Below, one piece after another: positions 1 through 12,209 of a stretch of 62,129 nucleotides of DNA. Position 1 is the stretch's first letter. Every line of letters begins with the position of its first letter. This stretch comes from Octopus sinensis (Eukaryota): assembly GCF_006345805.1 (NCBI RefSeq), contig NW_021831827.1, forward strand, positions 1 through 62,129. Reading direction: 5' to 3'. The notes below the pieces were generated by a model. It had not been told where the DNA came from, searched no databases, and saw only the letters and a program-made list of their open reading frames with translations. The position numbers and the translations under genes were made by a program.

Positions 1-1655
1 GTCAAGAGTAGCAACATCACACTAGATAAAACCAATGAAATAAAAGAATTAGACCAAAGCCAAACTTACAAATACTTAGGAATCCATGAACTAGATAAGA
101 CACAACACACAAATGAAAGAGAAATAAAAAAGAATATTAAGACGATTTAGATCAATACTAAAAACAGAGCTCAATGCTAAAAACAAGATAATAGGTATTA
201 ACATTTTAGCTGTCCCAGTTAAAGTTACAGCTACAATATCCTTAACTGGACACTAAATGAACTGACCAAAATAGATAGGAAAACAAGAAAAATAATGACA
301 GGATCTAGGATGCATCATCACCACCCAAAATCTGACATAGAAAGACTATATACAACGTATAGAAGGTGGTAGAGGCTTTATACAGCTGGAAAAACTAATA
401 TAAAATAACCACCATAGGACTGCAAAAATATCTACTTCAGAAGGAAGGAAAACTGATACAAATAGCGGCAAAACACGAGCAAAACAAAAACTGTTCTCAG
501 TATTTAAGGAAGCTGACAATACAAACAAGAAATCATACCACCTAATAAATAAGAAGAAGAAGAAGAAGAAGAAGAGAAGAAGAAGAAGAAGAAGAAGAAG
601 AAAAGAAAGAAGAAGAAGAAGAAGAAAAGAAGAAGAAAGAAGAAGAAGAAGAAGAAGAAGAAGAAGAAGAAGAAGAAGAAGAAGAAAGAAGAAGAGAAGA
701 AGAAGAAGAAGAAGAAGAAGAAGAAATAGAAAAACAACAAAAGCTATAAAACAAATGAAATCCAACTAAAATAGAACAGCAACGAAACATGATAAAACGA
801 TGGCAAGAAAAGCCCCTTCATGGCAAATACTGGACTAAACTAAATGCAAAAGAAATAGACAAAGAAAAATCCCAGCAATGGTTGAGAAGCCCAGGACTCA
901 AAGCAGAGACAGAGGGATTTTTAATTGCAGCACAAGACCAAAGCCTCCCCACCAGAAATTACCAAAAACATGTAATGAAAAGAAATGTAACAAGTAACTG
1001 CAGAATATGACAAGAAACAATAAATCATATTATCTCTAGCTGCCCACTCCTGTCTAAGAAGGAATATATTCACAGACATGACAGAGTTGGAACCTACATA
1101 CATTGGAAGCTATGCCAACATTATGGAATAACAACAGAAAAAAGATGGTATATGCACACACCAGAAAAGGTCACAGAAAACGAGAAAGCAACCATACTCT
1201 GGGATATGCCGATACACACAGATAGAGAAATTAAGGCCAACAGACCAGATATAGTTGTCAGAGATCATGAAGAAAAAAATGCTTTCTAATTGATGTATCA
1301 ATACCGTCAGATGACAACGTGTCTCTAAAAGAAATGGAGAAACTCTCAAAATACAAAGACCTGGAAATAGAGGTAACCAGAATGTGGAATCTAAAAACAG
1401 AAACAATTCCTATCATAGTAGGTGCATTAGGCATGATAAAAAAATGTCAGACAAATACATAACAAAAACACCAGGACTTACAAACACATATAACATACAG
1501 AAAATTGCACTACTAGGCACTGCACACATCCTACGCAGAACACTTTCCATACAATAACCATCAGAGCATCACAACAAATCACAGCACATACCTAAGGCAC
1601 ACAGAGCTGCGCTCGGTAGTGAAATGAAAGCACGCTATAAAAATAAAACTACTGA
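1..1655 (+). mobile_element. Dong/R4-type non-LTR retrotransposon with restriction-like endonuclease, 3' part, decayed
   Basis: Frameshifted translation: YKYLGI, WQEKPLHG, CCHC knuckle CRI.xxETINHIISSCP, RHDRV, NRPDIVV..LIDVSIP..K..KY..L, IIVGALG. The 3' UTR is followed by a (TAA)n tail at 1655-1760. Confidence 0.88.
551..725 (+). repeat. (GAA)n microsatellite inside the Dong/R4 ORF
   Basis: Directly visible imperfect GAA array. Confidence 0.95.
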
Positions 1656-1721
1656 ATAATAATAATAATGATAATAATAATAATGGTAATAATAATGATA
1701 ATAATATAATAATAATAATAA

Positions 1722-1762
<41 letters not shown>

Positions 1763-2134
1763 TACGATATTTCGACATCTCGTGTGTCTTCAACTGGTTC
1801 AAAAAATAAATTTGTCAATCTACTTCATTTTGGTTAATACATAAAGGATTGAGGTAACTCGTCCTGTTCATTAGATAACAATGGCAGGCACTCTTCTTTA
1901 AATTTTGACTCTATATCTTCAGAAGGAGTTGCCGCAATCCTTTATATATTAATATTAATCAAAATGAAGTAGATTGACAAATTCAATTTTTGAACCGTTT
2001 GAAGACACGCGAGATGTCGAAATATCGTTCATTAGATAACAATGGCACTCTTCTTTTAATTTTGATTCTAAATCTTCAGGAGGAGTTACCTTAATCCTTT
2101 ATATATTAATTAATAAGAATAAGAATAACAACAA

Positions 2135-2204
<70 letters not shown>

Positions 2205-3169
2205 TAATAAATAAAATATATGCATACATACAAACATATATGTACGTACCGACATCTACATGTATATATACATGCATATATAAATATATATATACGTACA
2301 GGACATCACAAGAAGACGAAAAAATCAACAGAACGAAAACGGAGAAGACATTTTGTTACAACAGAAGGACAGAGACGTGGAACAAGACGAAACGAAAACG
2401 AAAACGGGAAAAACAATTAGGTGCAGTAGAAAAACGAAGTACAGGACATGCTACACAAGGAGGTTTGAAAATGCAATTTAAAAGATGTTTATTTACTTTA
2501 CCGGTTTCACTCTTTGGAGAAAGATTGTCAAAAGTAACATGTAGAAGTTTGGTTGCGTTAATTATAGGTTGTTGCAAATTGCTACATTACATATATACAG
2601 TCTTTGGTAACAGGGACATGTTAAGGACACAAAAAAGTTCAACAAGTTCCTTAAAATATTGAGCACAAAAGATTGCTACATAAATAATCATTCTCAATGA
2701 CATGCTTAAGATAGTTTCCAGAAGGAATTGATATTGGTATTGGTATTGTATCTGTATATTCAAACATGCACAGAATATTGGTTGACACAGAGTACTACAA
2801 TCCATATAAATATACATTTTTTGGTGACAAGAGCATGTTGAGAATATAAAAAAGTTTAACAAGCTCATTGAAATAATGGGCACAAAAGATTACAACAAAT
2901 ATATTATACATTCTCAAGATAATTTCCAGAAGGAATTATTAAAAAAGTCCAGTATACACGTACAGAATATTATGAGTTCAAAAAGATTTACATTATAATA
3001 GTAGTGAAGCTAAAACTGACCTGTCCGCCATGGTAGCGTAAAAGAATATTATCTATTTCAAGGGACACAGTAGGTATGTTTGGTTGGGGGAAAAGAAGGA
3101 GTAATGCGGAACTGAAAAGAATTTACCGTTTTTTTGTCTCTCCTTCAAGCATCAATGATTTAGGGGTCA

Positions 3170-3324
3170 GGACAGGGTGAGTGTGTGTGTCTTTGTGTGT
3201 GTGTGTGTGTGTATATATACATATGTGGATTGAATAGTTGTGTCTGTGTGTTTGTAAGATCTGGTAGGATGGTGTGTGTATATGTATGTCCGTTTTTCAA
3301 CCGCGTGTGTGGTTGTCTTGGTGT

Positions 3325-3363
<39 letters not shown>

Positions 3364-4640
3364 ATGTATGTATGTGTGTGGATGGCATTTGGCATGGAAC
3401 TGCGTGTGTATATGTGTCTCTGTATAGAGGTCAGATTGGTGTGAGTGTGTGTGTATATATGTATACATGTGTTTGTGTGGGGGGGGGGCTGTTTTTGATT
3501 GGTTCCAGGGTCCATTGTGGTGTAAATAGATGTGTGTTATTTAAAGAATGTTTTGGGGTAGGATGGTGTGTGTATATGTGTGCCCGTTTGTGTGTGTGTG
3601 TGTATGTGTGTGGTTAATGTTTATTAGTGTGTTGCGTGTGCGTTAGTGTGTATGTGTTTGTTCGTATGTGTGTCCATGTCTGTTGAGTGTATCTGTGTGG
3701 CATGTGTGTGTATATGCGTTTTGCGTGTGTTGGTATTAAGTATGTGTTTGTGTGTGTGCGTATATATGGTGTGGGTGTATGTGTCTTTGTGTGTGTATAT
3801 ATATGTATACATGTGTTTATGTGTGTGTGTGTGGGCTGTTTTTGGATGGTCACTGGGTCCATTGTGGTGTAAATAGATGTGTGTTTTTTAGAAATTTGGT
3901 AGGATGGTGTGTGTATATGTGTGTCCGTTTGTCAACCATGTGTGTGATTGTCTTGGTGTTGCGTGTGTGTGTGTGTGTATGTATGTATGTGTGTGGATGG
4001 CATTTGGCATGGTGCTGCGTGTGTATATGTGTGTCTGTGTGGAAGTCAGAATGCTGTGTGTGTGTCTTTGTGTGTGTGTGTATATATGTATATATGTGCT
4101 TGTGTGGGGGGGGGCTGTTTTAGATTGGTCGGGGTCCATTGTGGTGTAAATAGATGTGTGTTTTTTAAAAGTTTGGTAGGATGGTGTGTGTATATATGTG
4201 TGCCCGCTTGTGTGTGTGTGTGTGTGTATGGTTAATGTTTGTTAGTGTGTTGCGTGTGTGTTCATGTGTATGTGTTTGTTCGTATGTGTGTCCATGTCCG
4301 TTGGGTGTATCTGTGTGGCGTGTGTGTGTATATGCGTTTTGTGTGTGTTGGTATTGAGTATGTGTTTGTGTGCGTATATAGGGTGTGGGTGTATGTGTCT
4401 TTGTGTGTGTGTATGTATACATGTGTTTGTGTGTGGGCTGTTTTTGAATGGTCCCAGGGTCCATTGTGGTGTAAATGGATGTGTGTTTTTTTAGAGATTT
4501 TGTAGGATGGTGTGTGTATATATGTGTGCTCGTTTGTCAATCGTGTGTGTGATTGTCTTGGTGTTGTGTGCGTGTGCGCGCATACATGGTGCGAGTGTGT
4601 GTATATACATGTGTCTGTGTGCGTGTGTGCACGTGCGTGT
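3170..4640. repeat. TG-rich satellite with alternating A/B units (about 300 bp each)
   Basis: The core ...ggtaggatggtgtgtgtata recurs at about 3263, 3557, 3898, 4175 and 4501 (preceded by ggtccattgtggtgtaaatagatg in the last four). Confidence 0.9.
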
Positions 4641-5948
4641 GTGAGCGCATGAATGTGCATGATTGGTGTTTTGTGATATAGAGATAAATGTCTGATAATA
4701 GGTTTTAGAGTTTTGTTTTGGGGGTGAGGGTCGTAAATCACTTCCTAGTTTCGGCGGGGAAGGTTGAAATTTTATATTATTGTGATGAGTGGTCAGTCTA
4801 CATCTATCCATCACTACAGGTTTATAGCTTTAAGTTTATAGTGTGTATGTGCGTGCATATACACACACATACTTACATATATACATACATACATACACAC
4901 AGGCGTATGTACGTACTTACATACATACATGCATGCATGCATACATGCGTGTATACATACATACTCACATACATACGTACATATATATGACGAACTAACT
5001 GTTACTTTCTCAGATGCAGCACGGATTTTTGTCAGTGAACAGGTCGCGGATTTTAGCGACGAAAATATTTTGCCAAATTAAACTTAAATGTTGAAGTGAA
5101 TCGAACGGCTTTTGTGTGTTTCTTAAATGGCTTACAAATACTTTCCACGCTGCAATTATTTTCGTTCCAGCACACGATCTCAGATCAAATCACTTGCTAT
5201 GCGTGTACATCTCCCCTATATATATATATATATATACCTATTATTTTATTCTTTTATTATTTTACTTGTTTCAGTCATTTGAGTGCGGCCAGGACTTATT
5301 CTTTGTTAGCCTAATACTTATTCTATCGGTCTCTTTTTCCACTCCTGTTTCTGTTGTACCTGTATTTCAAAAGGCCAACCTTGTCACGCTCTGTGGAGTG
5401 CTCAGCCGCTTACACATTAATTTCACGAGCATGCTGTCCTGTTGAGTGGATCAACTGAAACCCTCATCACCGCATCTGACGGAGTGCCACGATGCTTATA
5501 TTGTACCATACACCTATCTCACAATACACTAACTTATATTTTCTTTTATCATCTAGCCTTTAGTTACATAAATTACTCATTTTAATTTTTTCCTGTATCT
5601 TAGACGAATACTTTAACATTTTATAGTTATGATACCACATACCTTATAATTAAACATAATTTATCGACATTATACCTTGCACCTGTCTCATAAGACCTTA
5701 ATTTATATATTTTTTACTTTTTATCTAACCTCTTTATTTTATCAATTTAAGTACAATGTTAACTTATTGATTTATTTAATATATTTATTTAATTATTTAA
5801 GTAGATCTCTTCCACTCTTTTGGTCCCATTCACTAATTTCTATAATCTAATTTGGTTTTTCCAGTAATTTATTAATTATTACCTCCCCTTGACTGGCAAT
5901 TCTATTTCTGTTTATGCATATTAATATCCATGTTATATTATTAAAATA

Positions 5949-6430
5949 TATGATGGGAGGCAAGTTTCACCATATCGAATGAATATCGCCTTCTCCCTTT
6001 AAAATTGTTCTTTGTGTTGTTTCAGTCTCCAGCCGGCGAGGAAAGAAGTCTTAAGTAAAAAGCAATTCACAACTAGTTTATTTACAAGTTACACAAAATA
6101 GATGAAGTGTGTTGCTCTTACTATGCCATCTCAAGCTGTTTGCGTCTCGTTGCATCTCCGTTAACGCGAGCCCATTGCCTCTGGAGATACGACATGCAGA
6201 CAGGACCAGCCTGGAGACCCAGCCTGCGAAGTGTGTTTAGCAAGCGCTTGTGGTGAAGAAGAGATAGAATCTGTTTTGTTGGGCCCTTATATCCAGTTTG
6301 CCATCGCGAGCCTCGTTGTGATCTCGCGCATGGCAAATGTATGCAGGTGAGATCTCGCTCCAGTCTCGGAGATGGCAATGGCTGCCGCGCGATCTCATCC
6401 AATATGGCGCTGACTGCTTGTGCTGCTACA
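5949..6430 (-). repeat. 3' LTR of the Gypsy element (482 bp) with TATA-like and AATAAA motifs
   Basis: Starts TGTAGC on the minus strand, preceded by PPT GGGGAGAGCCCT (6442-6431). ggatataagg at about 6290 and aataaa at about 6080. Homologous to 10763-10892. Confidence 0.85.
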
Positions 6431-9400
6431 AGGGCTCTCCCCTGAGTACGGCAGTGCAAAAACAGAATTATTGGAGCAGGCACAAGAAAGAGCAAAGATG
6501 ATAACTGATCGCAACCAACAAGATATGGTACAAAAAAAGTCAAATAGAAAAATAATTGCAAGAAATATGAATTGGCATTTTTTGACAAAATGTTCAATGG
6601 CAGTGTATTGAAATTGTTCAGTAACACAAGAAAGCAATTGTGTGTCACATGAAACACAAAAGAGATTGTCAGATACAAATAGTTTTAGTGAGTTTTTTGG
6701 ACCAATGCACAGTGCGGCCTGTCCTGGTGACTTAAGGTGTGTTTGTGTTAAGTTGTGGTGTCGAAGGTGGATGTGTAGGTGATGGTGTGGTCAAAGGTGC
6801 ATATGTGGGTGGATGTGTAGTTGGTTGCAATGGATCAAAGGTGGGCGTGTTTGGAGTGTCGTCGAAGGGTGTGGACACCTCAAAATGTGCCCTCTTAAGT
6901 CTGTCGACCGAAACGGTCTCTGTCCGACTATTGATGTCGAGACTAAAGGTTTTGGGTGTGCGCGATAGCACACGAAATGGTCTCTTATAAGGAAAAACGA
7001 GAGGTCCCTTGACAGAATCATCCCGAACAAAAACAAAAGTCCATTTGTCAATGCCTAGTGGGACATGAGAGGGAATAGACTGGTCACGCGGATGCATGGG
7101 TGGAAGACTTGAGAAATACGAGCGAAGTCTGGTGACATACGACGTTGGATCAGGAGGCGATGAGTTGTCTGGCGCTAACATTGTACCAGGGAGTGTCATG
7201 GTGGTACCGTAAAGGAGTTCAGCAGAGGAGAAACCTAAGTCTGCTTTAATAGCAGTGCGACAACCAAGACAACGATAGGCAGGAATTCTGTCCAAGACTG
7301 CGGATAAAGAGTGGCGCGTAGAGCGACCTTCAGTTGCCTCTGAAAACGTTTGACCATCCCGTTGGAGGCTGGGTGGTAGCTGGTCGTACGAATGTGACGA
7401 ACGCCTAGGATTCGTGACAATTCACGAAATAAGGAAGATCCGAACTGGCATCCATGATCAGTGGTTATTTTGGCTGGGACACCAAAGCGAACAACCCAGT
7501 AGAAACGAAAGCTCGAGCAACTGACTCAGCGGAAATGTCCACTATTGGAATGGCTTCAGGCCAACGAGAGAAACGATCGACGCGTGTCAATATGTTAGAG
7601 AAACCGCGACTGAGAGCCCATGGTCCAACCAGATCAATGTGGATATGGTGAAAGCGAGTCACTGGAGGAGAAAACTCTGTCCAAGAGGAGCGCGAATATG
7701 CCTGTGGATTTTAGAACGCTGGCATCTTACTCAAGAGCGTGCCCAATCGGTGATCATTCGGCGCATATTAGGCCAGAAAAACCGAGCCGTAATAAACTTC
7801 ACCGAGGCAGAGGCGCCAGGATGTGACAGTGAATGCAAAGCATCAAAAACGGAGCGCTGGTGCTTCTCAGGTACAAACGGCCTAACCAGTAGCTGTGCCA
7901 CAAAGAATGGTGCCTTCAGCAGACGGAAATGGGATATAGGCATACTTGCAACAGGACAACTTGGTAGAAGCTAAATCCAAAGTGTCCAAAGCTGGATGAT
8001 CCTGACAGGTAGATCACCAAGAGCTCGCGATCAAACGTAATGTACCGACGTTCAGCTGGCTTTAATTGACGAGAAAAAGACGCCAAAGGTTTAGTCTGAT
8101 TGTCTGCGGTGTGTGCTGCAAAACAGCACCTACCGCAGAATCCGATGCATGAACGGTTAAAGAGAGAGGAGCATCGGGAACCGGATGTGCAAGCAACAGA
8201 ACAGACGCTATTTCTTTCTTGATCGACTCAAAAGCAGATAACGCCTCAGTAGATAAAGCAATAGGAGAATTCTTTTTTGTATTTGCTTTCAATAGCTGTC
8301 TGCATAATCACGAATAAATCGTCTGTAAAAGTTGACGACTCCCAAAAAGTGACGGAGTTGGCGTAGTGAAATGCATCGACTTTGGAAGAGAGAGGTCTGA
8401 TAACATCTGAGTTGATATAATGCCCCAGAAATTCCAGAGAGGATTACCTGAAAGCACACTTATCGGGGTTGATTCACACATTGTAGGCGCGAAGATGCTG
8501 AAAGAGTTGATTTAAGTGTTGGAGGTGATTTTCACGCGTGTCGCTTGCAATGAGTATGTCATCAACGTAAGCGAACGTAAAATCAAGTCCACGGACAACT
8601 TCATCGAAAATTCTTTGGAACGTGCTCGTAGCATTCCGCAAACCGAAGCTCAAAAAAAGGAACTCGAAGCTGCCAAAGGGTGTAGTGATGGCCGCTTTTG
8701 TACGTCCTCAGTATTGACTAGTATTTGATGATAGGCACGAACGAGGTCGACTTTAGAAAAAATAGTACAACCATGCAAATTAGAAAAGTCCTGGAGATAG
8801 ATTTCTTATAGTATAACGATCGGGAACAGTGACCGCATTCAAACGTCGATAATCCCCTACCGGTCGAAAATCAGAATTCCCTTTTCATGCCAAATGAAGG
8901 GCTAGTGGAGGGGTGAATAAGGCCAAGCTGGAGTATATGCTTAAACTTGAACCTAACCTTCTTAAGACGGTCAGGAGCAAGTCGCCGCGGGAGTGAAAAG
9001 ACAGGCGGCCCAGTGATGGTAATATAGTGGAGGGCCGAGTGAGTAGGTTTTGCCGTTTGGAATAGCTGATCTGCCAGCTCTGGGAAAGAAGTTAAAAGTG
9101 AATGAAATGCATCACCAGCAGTGGCAACAAAAATGAATGACTGAGAACAGCATTGGTAGTGGCCTTTGCAGGTGTAGACAAAGATGTCGAACCGTCGAAG
9201 AGTCTCTGTCGCCTGACATCTACCAATAGATTAAAATTGTTCAAAACGTCCGCACCCAGAATAGGATGTGGGAGATCAGCTATGACAAAAATTCACCAAA
9301 AATCCCGGCGATGATTAATGTCAATATGTAAGGAAACTTGACCGTAAGTCGCAATGGGAGACCAATTGACCGCGAGCAAGGTGATCTCTGAACGCTTTGG

Positions 9401-10742
9401 CTTGTCTGTAGCGAGACGCAAAGACCAAATAGAGCAACTAGAACCGGTGTCAACCATGAACGACTCGTTAGGCACGCGGTCTTTTACAAAAAATGCACGA
9501 TTTGAGGATAATTGGCTGGAAGTGCTTGACACGCTCAAGCCCTCCGCAGGTAGTTTCCCGACGACTGGAAAGTACAAGGTTGAATGCATTTACGGGCTTT
9601 ATGCTGATACATGGTGTAGTACCAACAAAGACCGGAGCTAGACGAAAGGGAATCGGACGAGCGTGAGCGGGACCGGCTTCGACTGCGACGGCGTGAAGAG
9701 TTATAGCGCCCTCCCCAAAGAGCGTCCATCCGGCGAGTTTAAAAAGCAAGTTTCTCCAAAATATCATTATGCGATGAGGAAGATGCATAGGAGGAAACCT
9801 CTGAGCAAGTGCAGACATGGTGAGGTGCTGGCTGGATAGCGAACTCTAAAATTTTATCAGACATGGTAGCTAGTTGATCCACGGTATTGTTATCAACCGC
9901 TGTGGCTGAGATGGTCTGCACATTAGGAGGTAGCCGGGAGAAGTAAAGCTTCCGTAAGAGCGAGTTGTCTTCAGTCGTGTCGCTGAGCTTACGGAGATAC
10001 TGTAAAAACTGAGACGGCGTCCTGTCTCCTAGCTCTTCATCTTGCATTAACTGCTTAAACTTAGACTCCGCGGATTTAGTGTTCCGTCGGAGAACCTCGG
10101 ATTTGACTACCTCATAAGTCGCATCCAGATGAGGATCAGTAATGTGATCCCTGACTGAAGTAGCAAGTGGTGCAGGAATGCTACAAAAGAAAAGATTTAA
10201 TTGTCGCTATGAAGGCACCGCATGTGCCGCAAAATACGCCTCCAACTGTGCGAACTAAACCGTGACGTCACCAGTGAAAGAAGGAAAATTAGGTAAGCTC
10301 ATTTTTTTCTGTCAGAGGAGAAAAAGAAAAGGACCAAAAAACCAACAAAAAGTGTTGTTGGAAATAACAGCGTGTGTGCGAGAAGGAAAAAACATTTTTT
10401 TTTTAGCAAAATTTATAGAACCGTGTACTGTATGCACAGACATGAAAGAAAATTTCGTCGGTAAACCTGTTGTTGAGCTGAAAGAAAACAAAAAAAAATT
10501 CCAAAAATAGTGATTGTATGTGTGTTCTTTGTGTATGTGTGTTCTTTGTGTAATGTTTTTTGTTTGTTTTATTTTTTTTTTTTTTGTCAATTGAAAAAGT
10601 CGCCAGAAAATGACGCGCGACTGGTAATGTCCTGTTTCCACGTGGGGCAATTCAAATGTGGCGGCAGACAGGAACGATGGCTGAAAGTTGAGTTGATTCT
10701 TCTGGCGTTCTGTCGCTCCTTTCGGCTGCCGCAGATCCTTTG

Positions 10743-10759
10743 CACGTTCGGGGTCACCA
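10743..10759 (-). promoter_or_regulatory. Primer binding site complementary to tRNA-Trp
   Basis: Minus strand reads TGGTGACCCCGAACGTG, 3 nt after the 5' LTR. The known Trp PBS is TGGTGACCCCGACGTGAT. Confidence 0.85.
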
Positions 10760-10762
10760 TTT

Positions 10763-10892
10763 TATAATGGGAGGCAAGGTTCATGATATCGTTGTGATCT
10801 CACGCATGGTGAGATCTCGATCCAGTCTCGGAGATAGCAATAGCTGCCGCAAATTCTCATCCAGTATGGCGCTGACTGCTTGTGCCGCTACA
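10763..10892 (-). repeat. 5' LTR of the Gypsy element, internally deleted (130 bp)
   Basis: Matches both ends of 5949-6430 but lacks about 350 bp of the middle. Confidence 0.85.
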
Positions 10893-10994
10893 AATACCTC
10901 CCTTTGTATTTCATTCTGTCTCGCTTAATAACTTTATTTACGAATCTAATTTACCGATAAACTTACTACCCCAAATAATTTTTAAAAAATAAAT

Positions 10995-11239
10995 GCGCCC
11001 TTTTAAAGCCTAGCCAGGCTCATGGGCTCGATTTCCCGGTTTCAATGGCGTATGTGTTCCCCAGCTGGACGGGAAACCAGTCTATCGCAGCGTTACTCAT
11101 TTTTGCCAGCTGAGTGGACTGCAGCAACGTGAAATGAAGTGTTTTGCTCAAGAACACAACGCGTCGCCCGGTCCAGGAATCGAAACCACAATCTTACGGT
11201 CATGATGCTGATACCCTAACCACTAAGCCACGCGCCTCC
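10995..11239 (-). mobile_element. tRNA-derived SINE, family 2 (related copies at about 19440-19658 -, 43465-43620 +, 44540-44745 +)
   Basis: Head GGAGGCGCGTGGCTTAGTGGTTAGGG (A box) ... GTTTCGATTCC (B box), followed by a shared core tgtgttcttgagcaaaacacttcatttcacg. Confidence 0.85.
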
Positions 11240-11807
11240 ACCGTTCATCTAAATCTTCGTCCCTCATACAAAATATTCCCAGTTTTTCCTCTCTATATTA
11301 AATCCCTGCTTTGAAGACAACCTAGTTAAATTATTTTAATAATAAGTTTTAACTAATCTTGATATATTGACCCCTCTTTAAGCCTTTATTTTATAATCAT
11401 AGACGTGCCCTCTTATTTATTTATTTGTGGTTTTAACCTGAAATATCCTCTTCCACTATTCTTCTGCCGATTTTATTTCCGGTATTATTCTTGGGGAACG
11501 CTGAAAATTTTAAAATTTTTTGTCCAGTAGTCTATTGTTTATCTTTACTTGTCCAGCTCAATATTAATATTAGGGGTGATAGACAATAATAAGTAAGTCT
11601 TTTTTTATTTTCTATCTTTATTTTTAAAATATTTTCTTTTTACGGCTTACCCATTATTATGTAGTATCTGATTCTAACAATTTTGAAATTAATAAACACT
11701 CAAACGTAACCGTGTATATGACAATAAAAAGTACATATTAATTAAACCTAGCATTAATTTCTTACATCTTTTAAATTATTTAACCCTTTGATACTTACAA
11801 AGTGTAA

Positions 11808-12209
11808 AAGGCGGCAAGCTGGCAGAAACGTTAGCGCGCCGGGCGAAATACGTAGCCGTATTTCGTCTGCCGTTACGTTCCGAGTTCAAATTCCGCCGAG
11901 GTCGACTTTGCCTTTCATCCTTTCGGGGTCGATTAAATAAGTACCAGTTACGCACTGGGTTCGATGTAATCGACTTAATTCGTGTGTCTGTCCTTGTTTG
12001 TCCCCTCTATGTTTAGCCCTTGTGGGTAGTAAAGAAATAGGTATTTTGTCTGCCGTTACGTTCTGAGTTCAAATTCCGCCGAGATCGACTTTGCCTTTCA
12101 TCCTTTCGGGGTCGATTAAATAAGTACCAGTTACGCACTGGGGGTCAATATAATCGACTTCATCAGTTTGTCTGTTCTTGTTTGTTTAGCCCCTTGTAGT
12201 AAAGAAGTA
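11808..12209 (+). mobile_element. tRNA-derived SINE, family 1, tandem dimer with 18-bp TSD
   Basis: One full unit (11808-12043) plus a 5'-truncated unit. gatacttacaaagtgtaa occurs at 11790-11807 and 12210-12227. Confidence 0.9.

Larger units (their letters stand above)
5949..10892 (-). mobile_element. Full-length decayed Ty3/Gypsy LTR retrotransposon (gag-PR-RT-RH-IN)
   Basis: gag FAQLEAYF / EELGDRTPSQFL at about 9530-10330. Protease VDTGSS at about 9440. RT FSKVDLVRAYHQI...YVDDIL at about 8550-8790. RNase H at about 8060-8290. Integrase HIHIDLVGP / YHPASNGMV at 7240-7940. LTRs at both ends, PBS, PPT and TSD AATA. Confidence 0.93.

Noticed and set aside
346-790. Poly-Leu/Phe/Ser ORFs on the minus strand
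   Set aside because: They are translations of the (GAA)n microsatellite.
6121-6678. 185-aa minus-strand ORF
   Set aside because: It spans the Gypsy 3' UTR and LTR and has no recognisable motif; it is not an env gene I can support.
10995-11239. tRNA genes (also 28350-28429 and 11808-11890)
   Set aside because: The A and B boxes belong to multi-copy SINE heads that continue into shared bodies, and no complete cloverleaf is evident.
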